A DNA stretch of 64,000 nucleotides from Octopus vulgaris (GCA_951406725.2 OX597822.1:496001-560000); one strand, 5' to 3'. Shown: positions 27,731-41,731, numbered from the stretch's first letter. The notes: generated by a model not told the origin, from the sequence alone. Translations and numbers: made by a program.

Positions 27731-27732
<2 letters not shown>
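27535..27732 (+). mobile_element. (TA)n-embedded Penelope-like terminus with 63-bp palindromic arms
   Basis: Arms 27535-27597 and 27601-27663 with spacer AGC. Contains CTGAAGA-TTTCTCTTGAAT-GAAAC. (TA)n on both sides. Confidence 0.6.
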
Positions 27733-27806
<74 letters not shown>

Positions 27807-27840
27807 TACATATATAAACATATATATATATGTATGGACA

Positions 27841-28506
27841 TACGTGGTCTGATCAATAAGTATCCGGACGGTTGTCATAGTAACAAAGCTAAAGTACACA
27901 GAGTTTTAACGTTCTAGCTGGCTTCCGCTGTTTTCAGCAGTGCCTGGAAGGAATGTGTGTAGCGTGTGATCATCGCACTGACCATGACAGAGAAAGTCGA
28001 GCAGAGAGTCTGCGTTAAATTTTGCCAAAAGCTTGGGGATACCTGCTCAGAGGCTTACGCAAAGTTTTCAGAAAGTTTTCATCTTTCTCGACAAAATCAA
28101 GGAGATTTGAGCAACTGAAACCGAGTGCTTTTTGGTCATCTGAAAGCACTTTTGGCACAAAGTTGGCAGATACTCGTCTCATATCCAAATCTTCAGTGAT
28201 AATGGACTGAACTGAACCGTAACTAATCTGCACATCCTCTGATAACTCACAGCTGCACGCACATCTCAGCTGCAGGTCTCTCAGAACGTTCGTCCTAGAA
28301 CGGCCATTTTGGAAACACCTGAACCACTCGTACACTTGTGTACGGTTCATACACTTCTCTTCATACACTTTCTGTAACTTTGCGTAAGCCTCTGAGTAGG
28401 TATCACCATAACAACTTCCTCTGTCATGGTCAATGCGAAGATCGCTCGCTACACACCTTCCTTCCAAGCGCTGGTGTAAACAGTAGAATTGAACTAGAAC
28501 GTTAAA
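27841..28506. mobile_element. mariner-derived element: two 5' halves in inverted orientation
   Basis: TIR-like TACGTGGTCTGATCAATAAGTATCCGGAC. Plus MTEKVEQRVCVKFCQKLG and minus RTQVYEWF...MRRVSANFVPKVL transposase HTH peptides. Confidence 0.75.
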
Positions 28507-29985
28507 TTCCTATTAGTGGGTTTGCGCGCTAAGTGCTTCTGATGATGATTTCAGCAGGGATTGAAACGTACATGTATAAATGCTCCTTGTTTTATTGTCC
28601 GTAGGCATGTTATATAGATTATATAGTTCACATTGGACATAACACACAGTGATGGCTATTAAATCTATTGATATGTTCTACAGTATATTATAGTAATGAA
28701 ACGAATCACTGTTAACACTCCAGTTATTCAATGTTCTATATAGCTATCATGAAAATTAGTCTATCCAATTTACATTAATCGTTGATATTAGCAGGTTTAA
28801 ATTCCGCCGAGGTCAGTTTTGCTTTACATTCTTTTAGGGGTCAGTGCCATCGCTTGATCTCATTTCCCAAAATTTCAGGACTTGCACTTATAGTAGAAAG
28901 AATTTTAGTTGCTTTAGAAGAAGTGTGTTATTGGATAATTAAAGGGGGTAAACTGTAGCATATCTTAGCCGCTGTTCTAACAACCCTGTGAACACAAAAC
29001 CGAGTGCCTAATCGAAAAGGAGAGCTTATCATAAAATTAAACAGAACCAGACTGGTTTATTGACAGGAACCTTTCGGTATAGAACTAAATGCATTATCAT
29101 CTCATCCTTCTTCATACTGAGTTCACATTGTCACAGGACCTCCTTTGTTTCTCATCTCAAGATATGAAAAAATCAAATAGATACCAGTGGTATACAGAGG
29201 TCGATCTAACTGGCGAAAGCTCGTCTATACCAAAATGTAGCGATGGCATTTAGTAACTAATTCTTTCCTCAAATGTACAAGAGCACCTCTGCACACACAC
29301 ACACACACACAGTTGTATATGTCTGTGTCTTGTAAGAGAACAAAAAAATCATATTGTGTTGACTGGGGGAAAAATTCGAGCACGCCTTCTCTGAAGAGTA
29401 GTCAACAACCATAAACCGTTCATTTGGGAGAATCCCACACTTTTGTTTCCCTCACATAAACACTATAATTGGAATGTATTAAAATTTTTCTCTAACACAT
29501 AATACGACTTTGTAATTTTTAAAATTTATTTAAGTACTTCTGATTTACGCTGTGCTGCGCATAAAAAAATAATGTTAAAAAAAAATCTGAAATGACTATA
29601 GGCAATTTCGTATTCAAACTCGATGTGAACATTAGATACGTACGATGCTAAATCTGGATTGTGTCCTATTGCTTTTCCATAGATTCAAGTGATATTGATG
29701 ACGGAGATAAACTAACCTCGTTCCCCAGACCTCCTTTTCCAGAATTATTATTACTGAAACTTAATGGTAAAACAGGAACGTTGCAAAAGTTACATTCAAG
29801 CAGCTCCATACAAGCTACAACAATGGTAACACATTCACCTGTTTAGAAGTATACGTGCTGCTATTTATACATTAAAACACCTATGCTACACATAAATTGA
29901 CTTATACTAGTATACAAATTCATTTAATGGGAAAACAGCATGCGTCTAGAAATAAATATAATAAAGAAAAGCGTAGCAAACGGTT

Positions 29986-30066
<81 letters not shown>

Positions 30067-30109
30067 ATGTATGTATATATATATGTATATATGTGTATAC
30101 ATATACATA

Positions 30110-30159
<50 letters not shown>

Positions 30160-30291
30160 TATGTATATGTACACACACATATATTTATGCATATATGTAT
30201 TTGTGTGTATATGTGTATATATATATATATGTATATGAGTATATATATATACATATATATACACAAATATATGTATTTGTGCATTTATGTA

Positions 30292-30336
<45 letters not shown>

Positions 30337-31140
30337 GTATATAAATGATATAAGTATATATATATATGTATGCATACACACACACATATATATACATACA
30401 TACTTATACACACATGCATATACACACATATGTATCCAACTCACAAAGAGGTATTTTAAATGTCGAGTTTGCTGAAAAGACGAAGCTTTTAAAAGTATGA
30501 AAATAATAAAGAAATATAAAAGAAATAACTAAAGAGCTCTGCTGTTCTTTTGCTCCTCGTTTTCTCCTTCTTTACTCCTATCCCAACCTTCTTCCTTTAT
30601 TTCATTCATACGTTCTAGAAATTCTATTTTATTTTGTTTCATTCCATTTTAATACATTCAGCTTCCTTCTTTGGTCCCTCTCTGCGTGTTTTGGAACGCC
30701 ACATAAACCACGTCAAGCTTCTTTCTGTCTTTCTTACTTTCCTTTCTGTCTTTTTTCCTCCCTATTTTGCGTTAATAACACGGATTAAAACGAGGCTCAT
30801 TTCCGGTCATGTGTTTCCTTTGTTTCAAAATACAGGGTGGGTAAGGTGGGGTGGGTAGAACCTCCTCCCCTCAAAACGAAACACAACAAACAAGCAAAGG
30901 AAGATGTATGAACATGGCGTACGTCTGGCAAGTAGAAGACAATGGACATGCCATCAACCATCAGCGTGTATCAGGGAGAAAAGTTTTTTTCGTCCTTGTC
31001 CTTCCATATTCACAGAACTTCTCTCAATAATGGCACAAATCTTTACCCGTTTCCTTATTTTATTCCGAAATAATTTCTGTTTATTTAGTTGTTTTCGTTA
31101 TTTTCATTTTATATTTTTATCCCAACAGTTTATGGCGGAC

Positions 31141-31189
<49 letters not shown>

Positions 31190-31746
31190 GCACACACAAT
31201 AGCACAAAAACACATACATATTCGTATATGGATCTACATTCACACAAGCATAGACGCATACACATGCACGCATACATTTATTTATATATGCTTACACTTC
31301 ACAATCATACATACATACATACATGAATGCATGCATGCATGCATACATACATACATACATGCATACATACATACATACATGAATGCATGCATGCATACAT
31401 AATACATACATACATGCATACATGCATACATACATACATACATACATGCATGCATGCATACAAGCATGCATGCATATATACATACACACATACATACATA
31501 TAAACGTGTTACAGTATAACAAGGCTCTACCTTTCCTCTCTCACTTCCTCTCTTTTACCTTTCCTCTCTCTCCTCTCGCTACTTTCCATTATCCCAAATT
31601 CCCTCTCCCTTCTGCTCTCTCTCTCTCTCTCTCTCTCCATATCCTTTCTCTCATTTGTCTCTCTCTCTTGCTTATAGATCGATAGACCTCCTCAAACATA
31701 CAATAACACACTGCATATACACGTAGACATACTGACGCAGTGGACA

Positions 31747-31806
<60 letters not shown>

Positions 31807-31837
31807 TGTGCATGTATTTATCCAATCATTACGTATA

Positions 31838-33110
31838 CAGGGGTTGGACAAAATAATGGAAACACCTAACATCATAGTATCATAATTTTGAAATATCAAT
31901 AAAACCATCAAAAGCTTGTTTATTTTTATGTTTTTTGATTTATTATTAGTGTTGCTGAATATGTTTTGCTAAAATTGCTGTTTCTTTTCACATATAATCA
32001 GAAAAAGGTAATTAAAATCCATTAAAAAGACAGATCTATCGGACTTTCAAAAAGGTCAACTTGTTGGTGCTCATATGGCCGGCGCTAGCGTAACGAAAAC
32101 AGCCGAAATGTTTGATGTGTCAAGAAGTACTGTCTCGAAAGTAATAACAGCCTTTGAGAAAGAGGGAAAAATGTCCCCATGGAAATAAAATTCCGGAAGA
32201 AAACCCAAACTTTCAGATAGGGACCGTCGGACACTTACGCGAATTGTTAGAAAGGATAAAAAGAAGTACAGCTCCCAAAATTACAGCAGGACTTAATGAT
32301 CACCTCGAGAACCCAGTTTTCACAAAAACTGTTCGCAGGGAGCTGCACAAACCCGGATTTCACTGGAGGACTGCAATCAGAAAATCACTACTTTCAAAAA
32401 CAAACGTTGCAAAGCATTTAAAGTAGAGTAAAAACCCACGGAATTAGTCCCTAGAGCAGTGGAAAAATGTTATTTTCTCAGGAGGAGTCATCCTTTATCT
32501 TACTTCCGACCCCCGGCCGAGTATACGTGTGGAGACAGCCAAGAGAAGCATTTGACCCAGACTACCTTCTTCCAACTGTTAAACATGCAGGAGGATCTGT
32601 GATGATCTTGGGGGCTATATCTTGGAAATCCGCCGGCCCAATGGTTTTCCTTCATAGCAGAATTAGTAGTCAAGTCTAAGCATTTTATCTGATCAAATTC
32701 ATCCTATGGTTGCAGAACTGTTTCCGGAAGGAAACGCAATCTTTCAGGATCATAATGCACCAATTCGCACAGCTGAATTTGTTCCTGAATGGCACGAGGA
32801 ACATTCTAGTGAAGTTGAACATCTTATCTGGCCACCACAGTCCCAAGATCTCAATATTATTGAACATTTATGGTGCATTTTAGAATAACAAGTAAGGAGT
32901 CGATATCTTCCACCATTATCACTACAAGACCTGGTGACTGTTTTAGCTGAAGAATGGACAAAAATTCGTTTGGAAACAAATTCAAACTTTGAACGAGTCC
33001 ATACCGCGTAGAATTCAAGCTGTAATTACTACCAAAGGCGGTCCTACCCCATATTAAGATAATTTTGTTTGAAATTTTAAAGTGTTGCCATTATTTTATC
33101 CACATTCATA
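31838..33110 (+). mobile_element. Tc1-family transposon, full-length but decayed
   Basis: TA|CAGGGGTTGGACAAAATAATGGAAACAC with a degenerate reverse complement at 33081-33110. Transposase remnants PTVKHAGGSVMI, IFQDHNAPI, WPPQSQDLNIIEHLW. Confidence 0.9.
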
Positions 33111-33654
33111 TCTACATTTATTCAGGCATGTATATATATCTGTATGTATGTATGTGTGTATGCATATATGTTTGTGTATGTATGCATGTATGTATGTATC
33201 TGTCTATCTGTCTAAATATATATTAGAGACAGAAAGAGAGAGGGAGAGAAAGAAACACATGCGCACACTCACCACACACACACACGCGCTATCACATGTA
33301 CACTGACTCACATACACGCACACACACACATATATACACATGTATATTCAAACAAACAAGAAATGAATGGAAACATGTACGTGTAAGAAAAATAAAGTTA
33401 TGGAGGGAGAGAGAAAGAGAGAGAGGGGGAGGGGGGGAAAGAGAAAGTGAGTGAAAGAATGTGAGGGCACAGAGAGAAAAAGAGAGAGAGAGGGGGAGGG
33501 GGGAAGAGAAAGTGAGTGAAAGAATGTGAGGGCACAGAGAGAAAAATGGAGTCCTGACTCATGAGGAATTATTTTGGAAACGTTTATTAGACTTGATGTT
33601 TGACCAGGACAAGAATGACTGCTGCTACTACTACTATTACTACTACTACTACTA

Positions 33655-33868
33655 CTACTGGTTTCAAATTTTGGCACAATGCCAGTAATTTTAGGGGAGG
33701 GAATAAGTCGATTATATCGACCGCTGTACTCAAATGTTACTTATTTTATCGACCCCGAAAGGATAAAAGATAAAGTCGATCTCAGTAATATTTGATCTCA
33801 GAACGTAAAGACAGATGAAATGTCGCTAATCATTTTAGCGGCTTGCTAACGATTCTGCCGGCTCGCCT
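33655..33868 (-). mobile_element. tRNA-derived SINE family B
   Basis: Reverse of GGCGAGCCGGCAGAATCGTTAG...TTTCGGGGTCGATAAAATAAGTA...GTGCCAAAATTTGAAACC. Confidence 0.8.
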
Positions 33869-34021
33869 CCGTATGGGACATTGAAACACACCTTAATACC
33901 CATATCTACCGGGGAAAAACGAGAATAGACGAGAAAGAGCGAGGAAGAACTACGGTTAGAAATTTGTAGATATTGAAAAAGAAAACGAGGGAGAGTGGGA
34001 GAGAGAGAAAGATAGCTTGAT

Positions 34022-34089
<68 letters not shown>

Positions 34090-34686
34090 CGGGGGAGGAA
34101 GAGGAGACACAGAAAAAGACAAACAAGAGAGGAAAGAGAAAAGCAAGGAGAGATGTGAGACAGAGAAAGGGAGAATGAAAGAGGAGAAGAGGAGAGAGGG
34201 AGGGAGGGAGAGAGAGAGAAGACGGGAGAGAAATACTTAAGTAGTGATAAAAGAGCATTAGCGAGTGAAGTGGATAAAACAACTTGACAAGCAACCGAGA
34301 GGTCGGTGGTTCGTCTCCTCCTGATAACTATACTTAGTTGTATGTCCCAGGTTAAAAGAAGTACAGCAGAGAAGGAAAATAATTCAGAGTAAATCTATTA
34401 TTTGCTGCCCAATAGCCATTTAACATGTCGGGTTTCTCGTCCTGATCGGTAGCCGTAGTCATCATCTTCCGCTCCAAAACAGGCAGGAATGACACGAATG
34501 CTTCGGCCACCGAAACACCTGGACGCTTACCTGGCCTAATCATACTGAAGAACTGATTTGTGATATCCAAATTGTTGTAATTCTTCCGTACAACAGCAGG
34601 CTCCAGCCAAGTCGATCACCTCACCGCTATAGATCGAGTCTTAAGGAGGACGTTTAATAGATATATCCAATATTGGTTCCAACTAA

Positions 34687-34903
34687 GACGGCGAGCTGAC
34701 AGAATCGTTATGCTTATCGGTATTTCGTCTGCCGTTACGTTCTGAGTTCAAATTCCGCCGAGGTCGACTTTGCCTTTTATCCTTTCGGGGTCGATAAATT
34801 AAGTACCAATTACGCACTGGGGTTGATGTAATCGACTTAATCCTTTTGTCTGTCCTTGTTTGTCCCCTCTATGTTTAGCCCCTTGTGGGCAATAAAAAAA
34901 TAA
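34687..34903 (+). mobile_element. tRNA-derived SINE family B with a Tx1-like 3' tail
   Basis: Head GGCGAGCTGACAGAATCG, B box GTTCAAATT. Tail TTTGTCCCCTCTATGTTTAGCCCCTTGTGGGCAATAAAA resembles the Tx1 3' end. Confidence 0.8.
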
Positions 34904-35097
34904 GAATCGTTAGAATGCTTAACGGTACTTCGTCCGTTTCTACGTTCTGAATTTAAATTCCACCGACGTCGACCTTGCCTTTCAACCTTTTCGGGGTCAA
35001 TAAAATGAGTAGCAGTAGAACACTAGGACTGAAGTAATCAACTTACACCCTCTACCCCAAATCATTAGCTTTTTGCCAAAATTTGGAACCAATATTA
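34903..35097 (+). mobile_element. tRNA-derived SINE family B (standard tail), 5' end missing
   Basis: AGAATCGTTAG...TTTCGGGGTCAATAAAA...GCCAAAATTTGGAACC. Confidence 0.75.
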
Positions 35098-35221
35098 GTT
35101 TCAACCGGGCCAACCTATCAGTAAAAACTGAAGCTCTGGTCATCAGGAACTGCCAACACACATCAATATATGCTACATTAGCATTAGTGGAGATCATTTC
35201 CCGTAGCACAGGATCCCCCTC

Positions 35222-35254
<33 letters not shown>

Positions 35255-35554
35255 CGTATGTATGTATGTATGTATGTATGTATGTATGTATGTATGTATG
35301 TATGTATGTATGTATGTATGCATGTATGCGTATGTGTGTGTGTGATACAGCTATAAAAAACAGCATGTAAAATAGCATGTAAGTATTCGGTGAAAAATCC
35401 CTTTTGGACAGAAAAATCTCAGGCGGCCTTCGACGTTTTGCACCACAAATGCTTTTGCAACCCAATATTTACAATCTGTTATTTATAGCTTCATGCGATG
35501 TGCTTCGACAACCATTAATAAGAAGGAAAGAGAAGAAAAAAAGAAAAATTTATA

Positions 35555-35880
35555 TGGCGTAGTGGTTAAGAGCGCGGTCTACTAACCCCAAGATTCCAAG
35601 TTCGATTCCAGGCAGTGACCTGAATAATAATAATAAGAACAATAACAACAATAATAATAACAATAAAAATAATAATAACATCGGAAAAATACCTTAGGTT
35701 CGAAGTTTCCCCAGGACACCTGATGAAGACCGGAGAGTATATCAGCCGAAACGTTGTTCTAACAACAAACAAGATGACAAATATCCGTCAAATTTAAATA
35801 ATGTACACGTCCCAAATATAGAACTGTAGAACAAAATTATTTTTAAGAGTTAATTTTATTCTTAAAAGTGCCTTTACACG
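35555..35880 (+). mobile_element. tRNA-headed element carrying a hammerhead core
   Basis: A box TGGCGTAGTGG (35555-65), B box GTTCGATTC (35600-08), AAT linker, CTGATGA (35720-26)...GAAAC-GTT (35748-55). Ends near (TA)n. Confidence 0.6.
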
Positions 35881-35923
35881 CGCGTGCACACATATATATG
35901 TATATATATGTATATATATATAC

Positions 35924-36046
<123 letters not shown>

Positions 36047-36056
36047 CACACACACA

Positions 36057-36335
36057 AAGGTAACGGCTTCTTCGGTCATGAATGACCATAGGATTGTACC
36101 TAGAAAGTTCCCCGCCAAGGCACAAGTCCGGGCAAGGTTATTTATGGAAGACCATCAGTCGCCCATGTATACCTGCCCCACCTCTCTCCACGCCACCGAT
36201 CTTATCCAAGAGAAAGGCAAAAGGGGCCGACACCGCTTCGCACCAGTGACGTCGCAACTCATTTTTACACCTGAGTGAACTGAAACGACGTGAAATCAAG
36301 TGTCTTGCTCCAGAATACAACAGACAGCCGGGTCC
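36057..36335 (-). mobile_element. SINE-like repeat
   Basis: GTGAAATCAAGTGTCTTGCTCCAGAATACAAC core motif typical of metazoan tRNA-SINEs read in reverse. Confidence 0.5.
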
Positions 36336-36336
36336 T

Positions 36337-36570
36337 CCTGTATGTTTAACAGTTGGAAGAAGACAGTCGGGGTCAAATGCTTCTCTTGGCTGTCTCCACA
36401 CGTATACTCGGCCGGGGTCGGAAGTAAGATAAAGGATGACTCCTCCTGAAAAAATAACATTCTTCTACTGCTCTAGGGACCAATTCCGTGGGTTTTTACT
36501 CCACTCTAAACGCTTTGCAACGTTTGTTTTTGAAAGTAGTGATTTTCTGATTGCAGCCCTCCCGTGAAAT
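36337..36570 (-). mobile_element. Fragment of the same Tc1 family
   Basis: Reverse complement of ~32360-32595 (WRQPREAFDPDCLLPTVKHTGG). Confidence 0.85.
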
Positions 36571-37215
36571 CGAACTCACTACCTCATGATTCCGAGTCGT
36601 TTGCCGTGCCCTTTGAAAAGCTATCTCATCACTCCAAGCGATGCGGGCATCCCTAGTTGGATGTGATTTAAAACACGATTTCATCAGCTATCTCTAGTAT
36701 GTTAAGGAACCACCTAGGGTGCTTCCCTTGTTAGCTGGTTGTTCATAATATTAAGGATGATAATACTATGACAGGGCAGAGGTGACCTGCAATAAAGACG
36801 TCTGCTGAGGACAAATTTCTCGCTTCACCACCATCGAGTGTTGCCATGTTTTTCCTCTCACCTCTCTCACTTCTTTTATTCAATTCGGTTTCTTTCTCTT
36901 TCTTTTTTTATTCATTTTATTACACTTTTATTTCATTTTGTTTTGTTGGTTTTTTTAAATTTTGTTTATTGCCTGTAATTTTTATTTATTTCTTGATTCT
37001 TAGGGTTTTTTTGGAAGAAACGCTGGGGACGGCCTTTTTGCCAAATGCCCGGATGTCTTCACGCTCCTTAACAATTAGTCTCTTCTCCTGTTCTCGGCTA
37101 CGTTTTCCTGTGAAATATCTTCATGTCCATTAAAAGGAATGGAGAAAAAGAGAGATAGGAAGAAAGAGAGATAGCTGGAAAAAGAACAGTTAGAACGGTA
37201 GATAGATTGATGAAT

Positions 37216-37287
<72 letters not shown>

Positions 37288-37513
37288 TGAGGTGGAAAAT
37301 GGATATCGATAGATAGATAAATAGAGAGAAGAGGAAAGAGAAAAGTAAGCTGTAAAGAAGTAATGAAGAAACGGATAAATGTAAAAAGATAAAGATTTTG
37401 AAAAATAAATAAATAAATAAAAAGAAACCGAGCTGAGTGAATTGGTGAAATGAAATGCAAAAGGTGCGAGAATATGAACGAATGAAGGAGGAATGAGTTG
37501 GTGAAGGAATGAG

Positions 37514-37549
<36 letters not shown>

Positions 37550-37660
37550 TGTGTGTGTGTGTGTGTGTGTGTGAGTATGCTTGCGCACGTTTCTGTGTGT
37601 GTATAAATTTGTAGTGAAAAAGAAAGGACTGAAATAGAAGAGAAATGCATTATTATTATT

Positions 37661-37695
<35 letters not shown>

Positions 37696-37747
37696 TCTTC
37701 TTCTTCTTCTTCTTCTTCTTCTTCTTCTTCTTCTTCTTCTTCTTCTT

Positions 37748-37778
<31 letters not shown>

Positions 37779-37943
37779 ATGGGTGAGAGAGCTGCGCATA
37801 TCATTGTTCCTCTTAGTAGTAGTAGGAGTAGTAGTTGTAGTGATGGTGGTGAGAATTAACAAACGATGAGAAAATAAAGAGGAGGAGAACGAGAAGGAGA
37901 GAGGGAAAGAGAGAGATAGAGATAGAGATAGAGAAAGGGAGAG

Positions 37944-37978
<35 letters not shown>

Positions 37979-38497
37979 GAGAGGGACGGTAAAATTGAGG
38001 AGGTGCATACATAAGTTTTAGCAGGCGTTAGGGGTCTCCGTTGTATAATGGCTGCCTTGGTTGGCTTTATGTGTTTAAGTAAGGTTTTCTTTTGTGTTTG
38101 CAATCGACATTGTCGTAAGCGGTCATTGCGACAGAACAAAATGTTATAAGGGGCTGCACTTCCCGTCGTTCTGAACAATATTCTTTTTTTTTGTCTTGTT
38201 TCAAAACTTTTATTCTATTTCTTTTTTATTATTTCCCCATCTATCCCTTTCTCTTTCCTTCTCCCTCTCTTTATTTCTGTCTCTCTGTCTGTCTGTCCCT
38301 TATCCACAATAGTTTTTAATTAAAGCTCCTTAGAGCCAACCTCTTAAAAAGTAAAGCGGAAGATGGCAGCCGGTATAAAAAAAGGGGTCAGAATGTAGTC
38401 CTATATAAAGAAATTGAGAGAAAGGAACAGGCATGGTTTTGCGTTTGTATGCATGGAGTGGGCCTGTGTATGTGTGTATGTGTGTGTGTGTGTGAGT

Positions 38498-38612
<115 letters not shown>

Positions 38613-38847
38613 AGCGTGCGAATACATATGTGATGCATGTGGCGGTAAGAAAAATTATGTACATTATATACGTGTGAGAATGTTTGGGTGGTGTGTATAT
38701 ACATACATACATACATACACACATATATATATATATATGCATATATATAAAATTATGTATATATGTGTGTGTGTATATATGTATATATATGTATGTATAT
38801 ATATATATATGTATATATATATATGTGCAAGTGTATGTATATATATC

Positions 38848-38879
<32 letters not shown>

Positions 38880-38890
38880 TGTATGTATAC

Positions 38891-38940
<50 letters not shown>

Positions 38941-40841
38941 GTAATTGTTCTGTATATGGGTTTATCAATTCACGTGCATGCAAGAGTGTGTGTGTGTATG
39001 AGCACACACTTAAACAGAGGGGTCGAGTGAAGCACTCCAGCGGGGACTGTTGAATCGAAGACACGGTTTCGAGATGTCAATAAGGATGTTGAAGGAAAAT
39101 ATAATTGCTATGATGATAATGATGACGATGGTAGCGGCAGTGGGGGATAGGAAGAGGAAGACGCTGGTGATGCTGACAATAATAATAATGATGCTGACGA
39201 TGATTACGATGTTGATGGTGATTGTAGTGATACTTACGATAATGTCGATGGTGTAGGAGTTGACGGTGTTGATGAAAGGCGGCTTCCGAAGAAGACGGAA
39301 AAAAGTAAGAAAGGGAAGAAGTAGAAGTAGAAGAAGAAGAAGAAGAGACGGGAAATGAAAAAGAAACGAAATATGCGTTTACCGAGGAATATATTTTCAA
39401 CAAATATATACATACACAGATACATTCATGGATATATTACTCGCACATACGTACACATATATGAGTATGTGTGTGTATATATATATATATGTGTATGTGT
39501 GTATATATATATATATATATACACGTATATATATATATATAATATATATATATATATGAATATTGGTACCCATGTGTATATGTATATTAATATCTATGTG
39601 TGTGTGTGTGTGTAGGCAGACAGGTAAGTAAAGTTGGTAGGCAGGTGGGTAGGTAAGTAGGAGTATAAACGAACGGCAGAAAGTAGCGCCGAGAAGATGT
39701 AGTTGGAGTTTTGATTGTTTATAGCAAGTAGACTCAGTACTTTATTACTTAAACACACATAGACGCGCGCGCATACACACATGCACACACACGTGCACGC
39801 ACACACACATACACTCACGCACGCACACAATACATTAACACATACACACACATACTCAAACAAAGTCGTGTTAATCGTCAATTTATAGACTATACATAAC
39901 ACTATTAGATCACTAGGACAATTTTATCCAATTTGTAAATTCCCCAATCCACCAAAAAATGAAGTTGGGATACTCAGGGAAGGCGTATTAAATTCTATAA
40001 ATACAAAAATAATGCTCGAAAAATCTAATTTACCACGATGGAAATGCATCAGTGCCACAAGCAAATTCATTGGAAACTAAAGAATCGCAGAAGCTGAAAT
40101 ATTACAGACAGTCGTCCCATACACGGGCGGAGCTGAAACTTGCAGGGTATGTTTGATTGAGAAATTTCAGATATTTTGACAGCAGCTAGTGATATTGTTG
40201 AACAAAAGATATGAGATAATATTACCCTGTGGTCACTGAAAACTATTTCTCCTGCATACTTCCATCCATTTGGAGAACCCGCTGTATTTGTAAAACCATC
40301 GAAATCTGCATACTCAGTTTTAGTGTTTCAACCAGTTAGCGGCATCAGTATAAACCGGGAGTGGCACTTCATACCCGCTGGTGGATCTCCCAAAATGTAA
40401 ATCAACTAATGTTTAACAAAAATAAAACCATTTATCACAATGGATTTTATTTTTGGCGTGAAAATGCGTGCAACACGGAAAGAATCCCCATCAAACTCCA
40501 GCTCAGTTTACTCGTCCTGTCGAAAGACGCCTGTCTGTGACGTCCTGCTTTTGTTATTATTATTATCATTATTGTTTTTACTTATTTTTGTATTCATATT
40601 CGTGTAACATCGTCCGTTTTTCCGTCTTTGTTTTGTATACATTCTAAGCTTTCATCCAATGAATCTAATGCGCTTAGATTAGATTTTCCTTGGGGCTGGC
40701 CAGATTGGAGCAATCTCAAGTTTAATCAGCCGAAATTGCGAGGATGATCCGGTTCTTGACTGAAGATTGAAGGCTTCGAATGTCCCGTCCGTGTTTTTTT
40801 GTATCGTCTTCTAAATGTTTTATGTTCTTGTCCCAGTTTGT

Positions 40842-40908
<67 letters not shown>

Positions 40909-41691
40909 TCTATATCATGTACTGCGTATTCTTTCGTTTGTAAACAAATTCATTTATGTATCTACGTGTGTATATGTTTGTGCATGTATGTGAGTGTGAG
41001 CCTGTGAATATAGGTGTATCTGTCCGTGTGTGTTTGTGTGTTTGTGTGTCCCAGTGTATGAGTAAGTATGTATGTGTATTACACGATGCAGAAATCCCAA
41101 ACCCAGGTTTCTGAATCGTGACGAAAATACTGGAATTGTGGTGGCGGTGGTTATTGCGGTACCAGTGATTGATGGTATACTACATGAGGCACACGTATAA
41201 TGTTCGTGCTGTGGTAATCATACATAGTCATGAATCGTAACTGCGATGTCATCACCATCGCCACCACCACCACCACTGTTACCACCAGCACCAGCACCAC
41301 CAGCACCACCCACCACCACCACCAGCACCATCAGCACCACCACCACCACCACCACCACTACCACCGCCACCACTACCACCACCACCACTGCCACCACCAC
41401 TGCCGCCGCCGCGGAAATAATAACGTTACCATGGTGCCATAGCTGACAATAAGAAGGAATGATATTGGGGGTGGGTATATCGATGTTGGTGGGTGAATAG
41501 AGAGTGTGACATTGTTGCTGTTGTTGTGTTGTGTCCATAAGTTCGGTACCGGTAAAAACCCTGTCGCAATATGCAAAATACAAGTATCATCTCTCTGAAA
41601 TTAACTATAAACAAGCAGTACGGATGTATGTGTGTATGTATGTATGTATGTATGTATGTATGTATGTATGTATGTATGTATGTATGTATGT

Positions 41692-41731
<40 letters not shown>

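Noticed and set aside
28535-28575. CTGATGA..GAAACGTA
   Set aside because: Core boxes are present, but helix II is mostly G-U and helix I is absent.
34352-34640. Minus-strand ORF with a CAG|GTAAG donor as a host exon
   Set aside because: In-frame stop just upstream, no good acceptor, and no recognisable protein similarity.
35555-35620. tRNA gene
   Set aside because: A and B boxes are present, but there is no complete acceptor stem or cloverleaf. It is a tRNA-derived repeat head.
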